DNA of 64,000 nucleotides from Parachlamydiales bacterium (GTDB lineage Bacteria; Chlamydiota; Chlamydiia; Chlamydiales; JABDDJ01): NCBI GenBank assembly GCA_041671045.1, contig JBAZCF010000004.1, positions 129,540 to 193,539 of the forward strand, read 5' to 3'. Shown piece by piece: positions 55,630 to 64,000 of this stretch (position 1 is its first letter; each line of letters starts with the position of its first letter). The notes under the pieces were generated by a model. It saw only the letters and a program-made list of their open reading frames with translations, ran no database searches and was not told where the DNA came from. The position numbers and the translations under genes were made by a program.

Positions 55630-56167
55630 TACGTAGAGTATCCGCAGCTAAAATCACAGAGCCAAAGCTTCAAGATTAATGAGAAAAGATATATTCATAT
55701 GCATTTTAGACATATTTTCCCCGTTTAGTGCTAGTATACTATACATATCTTCCGGTTCTATGTATATTTTGTCATTTCTACTGTCTTTAGAATGGGGAAA
55801 ATTTATGTTTCTTGAAAATTACCAAATTTCCTATCTCTTAAGAGCCCATGACTGTCGCAATAAGGCTTCACAATTTCTAACTATTATTTATTAGAGGTAA
55901 TGGATCGAATCGTTAAACTACAAAATAGTAAATTTTTTAAATGTTGCTAAGGTAAAATTGTTTTAATAATATTTAAGCATCATGAATTTTATTAATGGGG
56001 TAATTGCAACGAAATAGTGATGTATTTGCTCCGCTTGTTTGTAAGCCGGAGAGAAAGGCCAATGGTATTGAGTCGCGACCGTCACTATTGCTGTAATTAC
56101 TATCAACAAAAGAGAAGGACTGTACTCCCTAAAAAGCAGCCTCTTCTATCATTGCATAAGGATTGGA

Positions 56168-57253
56168 TCAGTAAGGAATAACTATGGATGTGCCTGGCTG
56201 CAATACAGCATTTTCAGTAAGGCTATTGGCTTTTAAAAGTTTATCTAAAGAGACATTAGACTTCTTAGCTATTTTCCACAGATTATCCCCTTGCTGAACC
56301 ACATATTTCTTGTCAGGCGCTTTAACAATCAGTGAGTTCAAAATTGCTGTCTTATCTGTGTATGTGCTGAGTTTTTGCATTGCCAAAGCCTTCACTTCCT
56401 CGCTCCGTGGGCTTGCTATCATACTGAGAATAAACTTTATCGTGAGCGCATTTTTATCGGAAGAAAGCCGCAATACCTTTAACACTTGTTCATCCTCTAA
56501 GCGTTTGAAGGCAAAATAGGTCTCATATTGGAGTAAAAGTGCAGCTGCAGTGGGAGATCCGGCGTCGATATAATCCAGCAAGACTTGCTGCCTTGTATCA
56601 GCCAAAAAATTCTCCGGGATATTATCTAATGAATCCCAGTTACCCTCTTGTGCCATATTCAACAAAGTTGTCTTTTCCACTTTTGGAAAGAGCTTTTCTA
56701 AGCTTTGAAATGAAGGCGTCAGCATAAAGGCTTGAACAAGGCTTTTTTTCGCTTGAGGGTTGTCTTTCAACAATAAGAACATCCCTTTTGGTGTTAAGGG
56801 CCATAGCTCGTTTTTTCCAAAATCTTGTAGAAGGGTAAATTGCTGGTCGCTAAGTTTTGTAAAGAGGGGAATAGACGCAATCCCTAGATGGACGATACGA
56901 AACGAAGGCGCTTTTCCTAAACCGCGCTGGATATCAAAAGCGCGTTCATTAACAAGTATCCCTAAGGCTATGTCGCGTATTTTTAACCCATCTTCAATAG
57001 GCTGCTTATCTTTGAGCTGAGAGACCAACTGCTCTAAGCTTAAATTGCTTAGTTGAACGTAAACAGTTTTATTGTTTAAGGAATTACTCTTCAAAGTTGT
57101 GGGACGCAATGCCTGGGGTAAGGAAACATTCCAGTTGTCTAACTGATAAAACGCCACATAACCGATCAAAAAGATATTTAGAGCAATGCTTAAGATAAGG
57201 GCAATGCTAAGTCTTCTAAATGTTTTAATCTGTGTATGGGCGGAAGGGATCAC
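56168..57253 (-). CDS. Membrane-anchored protein with a C-terminal LysM domain
   Basis: N-terminal TM ([21 protein letters not shown]). About 270 aa unassigned. C-terminal LysM ([44 protein letters not shown]). The GTG start overlaps the pckG stop (GTGA). Confidence 0.75.
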   Translation of the reverse strand: MIPSAHTQIKTFRRLSIALILSIALNIFLIGYVAFYQLDNWNVSLPQALRPTTLKSNSLNNKTVYVQLSNLSLEQLVSQLKDKQPIEDGLKIRDIALGILVNERAFDIQRGLGKAPSFRIVHLGIASIPLFTKLSDQQFTLLQDFGKNELWPLTPKGMFLLLKDNPQAKKSLVQAFMLTPSFQSLEKLFPKVEKTTLLNMAQEGNWDSLDNIPENFLADTRQQVLLDYIDAGSPTAAALLLQYETYFAFKRLEDEQVLKVLRLSSDKNALTIKFILSMIASPRSEEVKALAMQKLSTYTDKTAILNSLIVKAPDKKYVVQQGDNLWKIAKKSNVSLDKLLKANSLTENAVLQPGTSIVIPY

Positions 57254-59079
57254 TCGTCATTCGGCCTATGAGCAGAAGTTAAACGGTCTTTTAATGCTTG
57301 TAATTCATCTTTCAGGCCTTGTGGAAGCTTGTCTCCAAAAATCCTGAAATAGTTTTCCAGTTCTGTAACCTCATTCAACCACAGCCCGGTGTCAATATGA
57401 GATAGCTCTTTAATATTATTTTTGGGGATGTCAAGACCTGTCGTATCTAATCCGTCCTGTGCAGGAACAATACCGATAGGCGTTCTCTCAAACTTACCTT
57501 CGCCGTCGCAACGCTCAAAGATCCATTTTAATACGCGGGAGTTCTCTCCATATCCTGGCCATAGGAATTTTCCTTCCGCATTTTTCCTGAACCAATTTAC
57601 ATGAAAAATAGCCGGAAGCATAGCTCCGTGGTGCTGGCCTATGTCAAGCCAATGGTTGAAATAATCGCCCATATTATATCCGCAAAAAGGAAGCATGGCA
57701 AAAGGATCGTGACGGAGCTTTCCTATAGTGCCTGCCGCAGCAGCAGTCATTTCTGAAGAAACCCCTGCACCCATGAAGGTGCCATGTTGCCATGAAAGGG
57801 ATTCATACACTAAAGGTACAGTGTCGCCGCGTCGTCCGCCAAAGAGAATAGCTGAAATAGGGACGCCTTTAGTGTCGTCCCAAGCCGGATCTAATACCGG
57901 GCATTGTGAAATAGGAGCAGTAAAACGGGCATTAGGATGGGCTGCCTTGCTGCCGCTTTGAGGTGTCCAAGGTTTGCCTAGCCAATCCGTCAGTTCTTTA
58001 GGGGGCTCGGGCGTCATCCCTTCCCACCAAACATCCATATCAGGTGTTAAGGCCACATTAGTGAAAATGCTATTCTTTTCAATGGACTTCATGGCATTGG
58101 GATTGGATTGCAGGGAAGTCCCGGGAGCTACACCAAAAAGACCGGCTTCAGGATTGATGGCATAGAGTCTTCCGTCGCTGCCGAACTTCATCCAGGCAAT
58201 GTCATCGCCTACAGTTTCAATTTTCCAACCGGGAAGGGTAGGAGTCATCATGGCCAAATTGGTTTTTCCGCATGCGCTGGGGAAAGCAGCCACAAAATAT
58301 TTTTTTTCACCTTTAGGATTGGTAATCCCCAAAATGAGCATATGTTCTGCGAGCCAACCCTCATCACGTCCCATTACAGAGGCGATCCTTAGTGCGAGGC
58401 ATTTTTTTCCGAGCAGTGCATTGCCGCCGTAGCCGCTACCGAAAGACCAGATCTTCCTTTCTTCAGGAAAATGGACAATGTATTTTTTGTCGGGATTGCA
58501 CGGCCAAAAGCTATCTTTTTGGCCAGGTTCTAAGGGGACTCCTACGGAATGCATGCAGGGGACAAAATGTTTATGGCCTAGTGTTTTTAAGACAGAGGAT
58601 CCCATGCGGGTCATCAAACGCATATTGCATACGACATAAGGAGAGTCAGTTATTTGCACGCCAATATGAGCAATGGGTGAGCCTAAGGGTCCCATGCTAA
58701 AGGGGATGACATACATTGTTCTGCCATGCATACAGCCTTGGAATAATTTATCCAAAATCTGTTGCATATCTGCAGGATCGTGCCAATTATTTGTGGGTCC
58801 GGCATCCTCTTTTTTCCGCGAACAAATAAACGTCCTTTCTTCGACCCTTGCCACATCGTCCAAAGTTGACCGGCAAAGAAAACTGCCGGGCCGCTTTTCG
58901 GGATTCAAAGGCGTCATCATACCGGAGGCTGTCATCTCAGCAGTAAGCTTATCGAATTCTTGCTGTGATCCATCACAGATGTGAATATGCTCTGGCTGGC
59001 AAAGTGCTGCCATTTGTTCAATCCAAAGTTTAAGCGCTTTGTTTTGAATGCTTTTTTCGGTGATGACGTAGCTTGTCAT
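57250..59079 (-). CDS. pckG: Phosphoenolpyruvate carboxykinase (GTP)
   Basis: 609 aa. Kinase-1a P-loop [24 protein letters not shown] and FGGRR blocks, typical of GTP-dependent PEPCK. Confidence 0.95.
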   Translation of the reverse strand: MTSYVITEKSIQNKALKLWIEQMAALCQPEHIHICDGSQQEFDKLTAEMTASGMMTPLNPEKRPGSFLCRSTLDDVARVEERTFICSRKKEDAGPTNNWHDPADMQQILDKLFQGCMHGRTMYVIPFSMGPLGSPIAHIGVQITDSPYVVCNMRLMTRMGSSVLKTLGHKHFVPCMHSVGVPLEPGQKDSFWPCNPDKKYIVHFPEERKIWSFGSGYGGNALLGKKCLALRIASVMGRDEGWLAEHMLILGITNPKGEKKYFVAAFPSACGKTNLAMMTPTLPGWKIETVGDDIAWMKFGSDGRLYAINPEAGLFGVAPGTSLQSNPNAMKSIEKNSIFTNVALTPDMDVWWEGMTPEPPKELTDWLGKPWTPQSGSKAAHPNARFTAPISQCPVLDPAWDDTKGVPISAILFGGRRGDTVPLVYESLSWQHGTFMGAGVSSEMTAAAAGTIGKLRHDPFAMLPFCGYNMGDYFNHWLDIGQHHGAMLPAIFHVNWFRKNAEGKFLWPGYGENSRVLKWIFERCDGEGKFERTPIGIVPAQDGLDTTGLDIPKNNIKELSHIDTGLWLNEVTELENYFRIFGDKLPQGLKDELQALKDRLTSAHRPNDE

Positions 59080-59083
59080 AATC

Positions 59084-60166
59084 TTATAGAGCCCTGTTTT
59101 TCTTGAATTTATCTAGGTAGTCTAAGGCCTTTCCTGCGCCTAGGCACACTGCCAATAGAGGGTTAGGTGCAATAATGACAGGCAGGCCTGTTTCTTTAAC
59201 GAGAAGTTTGTCTAGTCCTTTGATCAGCGCACCGCCGCCGGCAAGGAGCATGCCGCGTTCGACTAGGTCAGAAGCTAGTTCAGGAGGGCATTTTTCAAGC
59301 GTAATTTTGATAGCTTCGATGATTTGCTGAATAGGTTCTGCCAGACATTCGCGAATTTCAACGGAGTTGATCCGTTTAGTCACAGGCAAGCCGGCGACCT
59401 GGTCTCTTCCGCGCACTTCCATTTCCAGCTCATTACCGCCTAGAGGGTAAGCGGAGCCGATAGTCATTTTGATTTCTTCAGCAGTCCTAGGACCGATCAT
59501 TAAGTTATATGTGCGGCGCATGTAGTTGATGATGCATTCGTCGAATTCATCGCCAGCAATGCGGAGCGATCTGGATTCCACGATACCGCCCAAAGAGATG
59601 ATAGCGATTTCTGTGGTACCGCCGCCGATGTCGATAATCATGTTCGCAGCAGGATCGTGCACAGGGAGGTCTGCGCCGATAGCAGCCGCCATAGCCTCTT
59701 CCATCAGGATGACTTCTTGTGCGCCGGCGTGCAACGCAGAGTCTTCTACCGCTCTTTTTTCCACACCGGTAATTCCTGAAGGGACAGCGATAAGGATTTT
59801 AGGACGGAATAAGCTGCGCGAGGGGGTGACTTTTTTAATGAGGGCTTTTAGCATGCCTTCAGCAATTTCAAAGTCTGCGATTACACCATCTTTCATGGGA
59901 CGGACGGCATGGATTTTGCGTGGGGTTTTACCAAGCATGGCCTTAGCTTTATGTCCTACAGCTAAGACTTCGTTAGTTAGGGAGTCGACAGCAACAACGG
60001 AGGGCTCCGCTAAGACTATGCCTTTACCACGGACGAAAATCAGTGTGTTAGCCGTGCCTAGGTCGATACCGATGTCATTAGAGAAGACGCCCCGGAAGTT
60101 GGTAAGTTTTCCGAAAGCCCTTTTGAGAGCCTGAGTAAAACCTGATGAGTTTTTAGAATCCTTCAT
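59084..60166 (-). CDS. mreB: Rod-shape/division actin homologue MreB
   Basis: Motifs [35 protein letters not shown] and [15 protein letters not shown] 60166 (MKDSKN) is preferred; the ORF extends to 60217, which would overlap the helicase gene. Confidence 0.95.
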   Translation of the reverse strand: MKDSKNSSGFTQALKRAFGKLTNFRGVFSNDIGIDLGTANTLIFVRGKGIVLAEPSVVAVDSLTNEVLAVGHKAKAMLGKTPRKIHAVRPMKDGVIADFEIAEGMLKALIKKVTPSRSLFRPKILIAVPSGITGVEKRAVEDSALHAGAQEVILMEEAMAAAIGADLPVHDPAANMIIDIGGGTTEIAIISLGGIVESRSLRIAGDEFDECIINYMRRTYNLMIGPRTAEEIKMTIGSAYPLGGNELEMEVRGRDQVAGLPVTKRINSVEIRECLAEPIQQIIEAIKITLEKCPPELASDLVERGMLLAGGGALIKGLDKLLVKETGLPVIIAPNPLLAVCLGAGKALDYLDKFKKNRAL

Positions 60167-60183
60167 GAATATTTCCGCCTTAA

Positions 60184-63100
60184 TTACGTTTGGAGAAGCT
60201 CCAACACCTCTTCCCAAGTTAGTTTTGCGATCGCTTCCTCATCGCAACTGATAACCTTGCGCACTAACCCCTTCTTGCGTTGCTGGAGCTCAAGGATTTT
60301 TTCTTCGATGGTGTTGAGTGTAACGAGTTTAATCGAAGTGACACTTTGTTGCTGCCCAAATCTGTGCAGTCTGTCCGTCGCTTGATTTTCCACTGCCGGA
60401 TTCCACCACATGTCAAAGTGGATGACCGTATCAGCGCCGATAAGGTTAAGACCTACGCCCCCTGCTTTTAGAGAAACTAAGAAGACAGAGATATCGGGAT
60501 TATTATTAAATCTGTTAACAATATCTAGACGATCTTTGCACGAACCATCCAGATATTCAAAAGTGATGCCCCTTTGAATAAAATCTTCCCTCATGATGCT
60601 AAGCATACGTGTATACTGACTGAAGATGACTGTTTTATGGCCGCCTTGGATCAGCGTTTGCAATAGCTCAATCAGCATGTCGTATTTGGCCGAGTCGCCG
60701 GGTTCCATCGTTTCTTTTGCAAAAATTGCTGGGTGGCAGCAAATCTGTTTCAAACGGGTAAGCGTGGCCAAGACATGGATCTGAACGCGGTCAAACCCTT
60801 CTTTCTTCACCAATTGAGATAGCTCTTCCCTAGCAGAAGCTGCGTAGGAGCGATAAAGTTCGCGCTGGATCTCAGAAAGATGGCAATGATATACGATTTC
60901 GGACAAGGGTGGAAGTTCTTTTAGCACGTCTTTTTTCATGCGGCGCAGAATAAAGGGAGAGACTTTTCTGCGCAGGGTTTCCATTGCCTTAGTATCCCCT
61001 TGCTTCGGCGCGCGGATATATTTTTCCACGAAGCGGTCATAGGAGCTAAGCAGTCCCGGCATCAAGAAATCGAAGAGGCTCCATAGTTCATCCAAGGAAT
61101 TTTCAATGGGAGTTCCCGTCAAGATCAAGCGGTGAGGAGCTTGGATCAGCTTCACTGATTTAGCATTCCTAGTGCCGCGGTTTTTGATATGCTGGGCTTC
61201 ATCCAAAATAGCATAAGAGAAAGGAATCGCTTTATAATGGTCTGTATCTTTTTGGAGCAGGCTGTAAGAAGTGACTACAACATCCCACTTGTTCGCATCT
61301 TGAATAAGTTTTCGCCTTTGCTGAGGAGTCCCGTCAACAATTAGGATTTTCAGTTTGGGATTAAACTTATTAAACTCCTCCTTCCAGTTGTAAATGAGGG
61401 AGGTAGGGGCGACAATGAGGGTTAACGCATGAGGTTCATACAATTTAAGCTGCGCAATAGCAATGATGGCCTGTAAAGTTTTACCCAGGCCCATATCGTC
61501 TGCAAGAATACCATTCAAGTGCATGGAACGGAGTCTTTCCAGCCATTGTACACCTTCAATTTGGTAAGTGCGGAGTTGAGCCTTTATTTCTTCAGGGATC
61601 GGGCTGGATTCCATTTCACGTGTTCCAAGCATCTGTTCTTGTATCTGGATGAGTTTTTTGCTCATCGAAAACTTAATAGGAAGCCCGTTGAAATGGTCAA
61701 GATCGATATTTGCAAGGCTCCATAGAGGGCGAAGCTCTTTGTGATTGGAAAGCTCTTTTATACCGAGCTCATCAAAAATCTGAACGACAGGACTAAGCCG
61801 CTCGAGATCCAAAACAAGGATCTTCGGCAGTTTACCCCCTTCATTACCGTCACCGGAGCGGCGTAATTTGCCGCCGGATCTCTTCTCCAGCTCGACATAA
61901 GAGCGCTTCATGCTTATGCATTCCCAAAGCTGCTCAACGCCTATGCCATGAAGGTGCCCATCTACTTTGACAGTCACTTCGTAGCTGTCGACTCTATCCG
62001 ATTCTTTTAACGTTAAGGAAAAAGAGGAGTCGTCATAAACGAAATGCTCTAGAAGGTTAGGTGGTGAATTGAAAATGACTTTTTGTTGATTCCGAGGAAC
62101 AACTTCAGTCATAAATTCAATAATCTTTTTCTCGCTGCGAGCAAAGTAGGCTCCATGGACCGGATCGTAGGTGAAACCTTGGAAAAGGTCGTCTAAAATT
62201 GCTTGTTCTTCGGTAAGGTTTCTGGCCAGGATACCCTGATCCGTAACGAAGGTATCGATATGTTCAATTTTAAGCTGCCCATGTGAAGCGGGGACTTTTG
62301 TGTCGTTATAGAGGAAGAATAGTTTAGTTTCCAATTCACCGCTTAAGTAGCTAATTTCGCATTCTGCTTGAAGTTTGGAAACAAAAGGCATTGTGACAAA
62401 ACGTTCAATAACTTCCTTATTCAACACTTTTCCATAACGCATAAGTTCGGATAAAGAGTTCTCCACAAAGGTGCCGAACAATGGTTGCGGGATAGCCAAA
62501 TCGCCGATGGAGATGAGGTGGCGCAAATGTTTGCGTTTAATGACTTCGGGAAAACGGTAATAAACATTTTGCGAGATCACACCGGGGCGTGCACAGGGGA
62601 AATAGCTTAATCCGTGAACATTTAAGGGGGACTCTTCTTCTAAATGGACCGTCGGTTTAATCAATATAGCAGGGACGGGGGTTTCAAGGTATTCCAATGA
62701 AAATTGGAGTTGGGAGCGTTGCGAAGTGATACGCAGCGGTTCTTCTTGCCCGTTTTGGTAGAGGCAAGGCATGGTCATCCAAAGCGCTTCTCCATCTTCT
62801 TTAGTGGAAATAGATGTGGGAAGTTTTGCCAGCGATATATCATAGATATCAGCCAGTAAATCTCCTAGGACCTCCACACTGATGTTAGCATTTCTAGCGC
62901 TTTTATCCTGCTTACCTTCAATGGGCTGAGCAAAATTAAGTAGGCCTTTTAACAGCATACTGCCCACAGAATCAAAAGAATCCAGTGTAAATAGATAGCG
63001 TCGTGTTCCGATGTAAAATGCTTCCCGGTAACGGACGGCATTAAGGAACTCGGCAATGTTAGGCACTAAAACAAGCTTGGATCGGTAGGGTAAGCGTAGT

Positions 63101-63690
63101 GCGACCTGCAATTCAGCCTGGGCATTAGCAGCAGAAGTGTCCGCAGGCAAAGTAAAGATAATTGCTATTTCAGCATTGTCTACATTGACTTTGTCGTCCG
63201 GAACAAAATACGGCGACGTGCCTAGAACCTTAGCTGCCTTAGTATATTCCTCCAGCAACTCTTTCTGGAAATGCTTATCTTTGCGCTTTTCTTCTTTATT
63301 ATGCGATTTGCGTATGGCCTCGCGGAAGTCTTCTTTTTCTTCTTCTTCTATCTCGACAGAAGTTTCGACATCATGATTGGAAGAAAATTCCACCACCAAT
63401 TTGTCATAGCTGTGTTCCATAAAGAATATTAAGGCTGCAAGATGCTGACAATCAAATGGATTGGGGCAATTACATTCAGAATCCGCCAACGTCGAATCAT
63501 CTAAATTGACTTCTAATTCACAGGCGTAATTGTGTTCAAAACTGCCTGTAATTTTGCCCGCTAAACGTACGCGGTGCGGCGTAAGTTCAGCGATTTTTGC
63601 CTCCAAGATACCCTGGCGGTCGTAAATCCCCTTGCCTTCTTTAAGCAGGGCAGGAGAAAAGTCATGCTTAAGTTTACGAAAATTCAACAT
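60184..63690 (-). CDS. SNF2-family helicase with an N-terminal SWIM zinc finger
   Basis: SWIM CxCxnCxH ([18 protein letters not shown]). Helicase motifs [11 protein letters not shown] (I), [10 protein letters not shown] (II), LTGTPIEN (III) and [11 protein letters not shown] (VI). 1,168 aa. Confidence 0.9.
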   Translation of the reverse strand: MLNFRKLKHDFSPALLKEGKGIYDRQGILEAKIAELTPHRVRLAGKITGSFEHNYACELEVNLDDSTLADSECNCPNPFDCQHLAALIFFMEHSYDKLVVEFSSNHDVETSVEIEEEEKEDFREAIRKSHNKEEKRKDKHFQKELLEEYTKAAKVLGTSPYFVPDDKVNVDNAEIAIIFTLPADTSAANAQAELQVALRLPYRSKLVLVPNIAEFLNAVRYREAFYIGTRRYLFTLDSFDSVGSMLLKGLLNFAQPIEGKQDKSARNANISVEVLGDLLADIYDISLAKLPTSISTKEDGEALWMTMPCLYQNGQEEPLRITSQRSQLQFSLEYLETPVPAILIKPTVHLEEESPLNVHGLSYFPCARPGVISQNVYYRFPEVIKRKHLRHLISIGDLAIPQPLFGTFVENSLSELMRYGKVLNKEVIERFVTMPFVSKLQAECEISYLSGELETKLFFLYNDTKVPASHGQLKIEHIDTFVTDQGILARNLTEEQAILDDLFQGFTYDPVHGAYFARSEKKIIEFMTEVVPRNQQKVIFNSPPNLLEHFVYDDSSFSLTLKESDRVDSYEVTVKVDGHLHGIGVEQLWECISMKRSYVELEKRSGGKLRRSGDGNEGGKLPKILVLDLERLSPVVQIFDELGIKELSNHKELRPLWSLANIDLDHFNGLPIKFSMSKKLIQIQEQMLGTREMESSPIPEEIKAQLRTYQIEGVQWLERLRSMHLNGILADDMGLGKTLQAIIAIAQLKLYEPHALTLIVAPTSLIYNWKEEFNKFNPKLKILIVDGTPQQRRKLIQDANKWDVVVTSYSLLQKDTDHYKAIPFSYAILDEAQHIKNRGTRNAKSVKLIQAPHRLILTGTPIENSLDELWSLFDFLMPGLLSSYDRFVEKYIRAPKQGDTKAMETLRRKVSPFILRRMKKDVLKELPPLSEIVYHCHLSEIQRELYRSYAASAREELSQLVKKEGFDRVQIHVLATLTRLKQICCHPAIFAKETMEPGDSAKYDMLIELLQTLIQGGHKTVIFSQYTRMLSIMREDFIQRGITFEYLDGSCKDRLDIVNRFNNNPDISVFLVSLKAGGVGLNLIGADTVIHFDMWWNPAVENQATDRLHRFGQQQSVTSIKLVTLNTIEEKILELQQRKKGLVRKVISCDEEAIAKLTWEEVLELLQT

Positions 63691-64000
63691 TTGTCAGATC
63701 CATCGTCGCTTGAGCTAAATGGCGGAGTATAACCATTGACTAACATCATGTCATTACTTTTTAACAAACTTAATGCCCCTTCCCTAGGTGCTCTAGGAGT
63801 ATTTTTTTATTCTTGAAGAAAAGTGCTTGTGATAAATGTGCTTCCCTGTGTAAATTCTTGCTATTCCCGATGATGAAACGAAAGTGAGTCAAAGGTAAGA
63901 TAGCCGGATGAAAGCCGGCAAGTTATTTAGACAGTGCTAGATAGGTAAAGTAACAATAAATTGTCATACTGTGCTTGTGCGGTGACGAAAGTCATCGCAA

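Noticed and set aside
55679-55894. A 71-aa plus-strand ORF in the 730-bp gap upstream of the giant genes.
   Set aside because: AT-rich sequence, no RBS, and a Phe/Ile/Leu/Ser-biased translation typical of random AT-rich frames.
59526-60134. A 202-aa ORF antisense to mreB. Similar long antisense ORFs occur at 27586-28140 (antisense to the ABC-2 permease), 10814-11302 (antisense to tolB) and 15454-15709 (antisense to the Pro-rich tolA-like spacer).
   Set aside because: These are shadow ORFs opposite well-supported genes. They have no start context or recognisable motifs.
1-64000. A search for CRISPR arrays, tRNA/rRNA/tmRNA genes, IS elements, integrases, phage genes, toxin-antitoxin pairs and known defence-system signatures.
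   Set aside because: I recognised none. There are no regularly spaced direct repeats, no T-loop/acceptor-stem patterns in the intergenic regions, and no transposase, integrase or recombinase motifs in any ORF. The accessory regions therefore lack visible mobility genes.

Overview
This 64-kb chromosomal segment reads as a Chlamydia-related bacterium (order Chlamydiales, 'environmental chlamydia' type). I infer this from gene content and from two gene orders I recall from Chlamydia trachomatis: SNF2 helicase-mreB-GTP-PEPCK (CT708-710) and tolQ-tolR-tolA-like-tolB-pal (CT596-600). No database search was possible, so all family calls rest on motifs read from the ORF translations.

There are about 40 protein-coding genes. 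I recognised no rRNA, tRNA, CRISPR array, transposase or integrase.

The backbone, with spot counts near 50% G+C, comprises:
- an ABC-F ATPase, metK, ribE and murI
- the Tol-Pal genes, dsbD and tatD
- a monomeric B12-type (RTPR-like) class II ribonucleotide reductase and glgC
- a five-gene OMF/HlyD/ABC-2 efflux operon and a TerC protein
- pckG, mreB and a SNF2/SWIM helicase

Interleaved with the backbone are visibly AT-richer, lineage-specific genes with no recognisable enzyme family apart from the kinase:
- a eukaryotic-like Ser/Thr kinase with a coiled-coil insert (4460-5887)
- a tandem pair of ~430-aa paralogs that splits the tol-pal cluster (12210-14876)
- a 451-aa protein with an internal ~100-aa duplication (26171-27526)
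- a 20-kb block (36037-55435) holding a 737-aa membrane-associated protein and two tandem, collinear giant paralogs of 2,556 and 3,131 aa

The giant pair is my best candidate for an undescribed system. Both copies share an N-terminal GS-x6-GKT ... DLD(I/V)RA module. A role as secreted host-targeting effectors is inference only.

Other points worth a second look:
- a tolB-pal-(coiled-coil LysM)-murI operon
- a three-gene island with extreme NNC/NNA codon usage around the RTPR gene (20272-24675)
- a dense cluster of GC-rich palindromes plus a 46-bp tandem repeat in the 430-bp gap after RTPR
- a hairpin module with compensatory stem changes found at two distant sites
- a 3 x 33-bp in-frame repeat carrying A9 tracts inside the 2,556-aa gene
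- near-identical sigma70-like promoter geometry in front of several of the AT-rich genes
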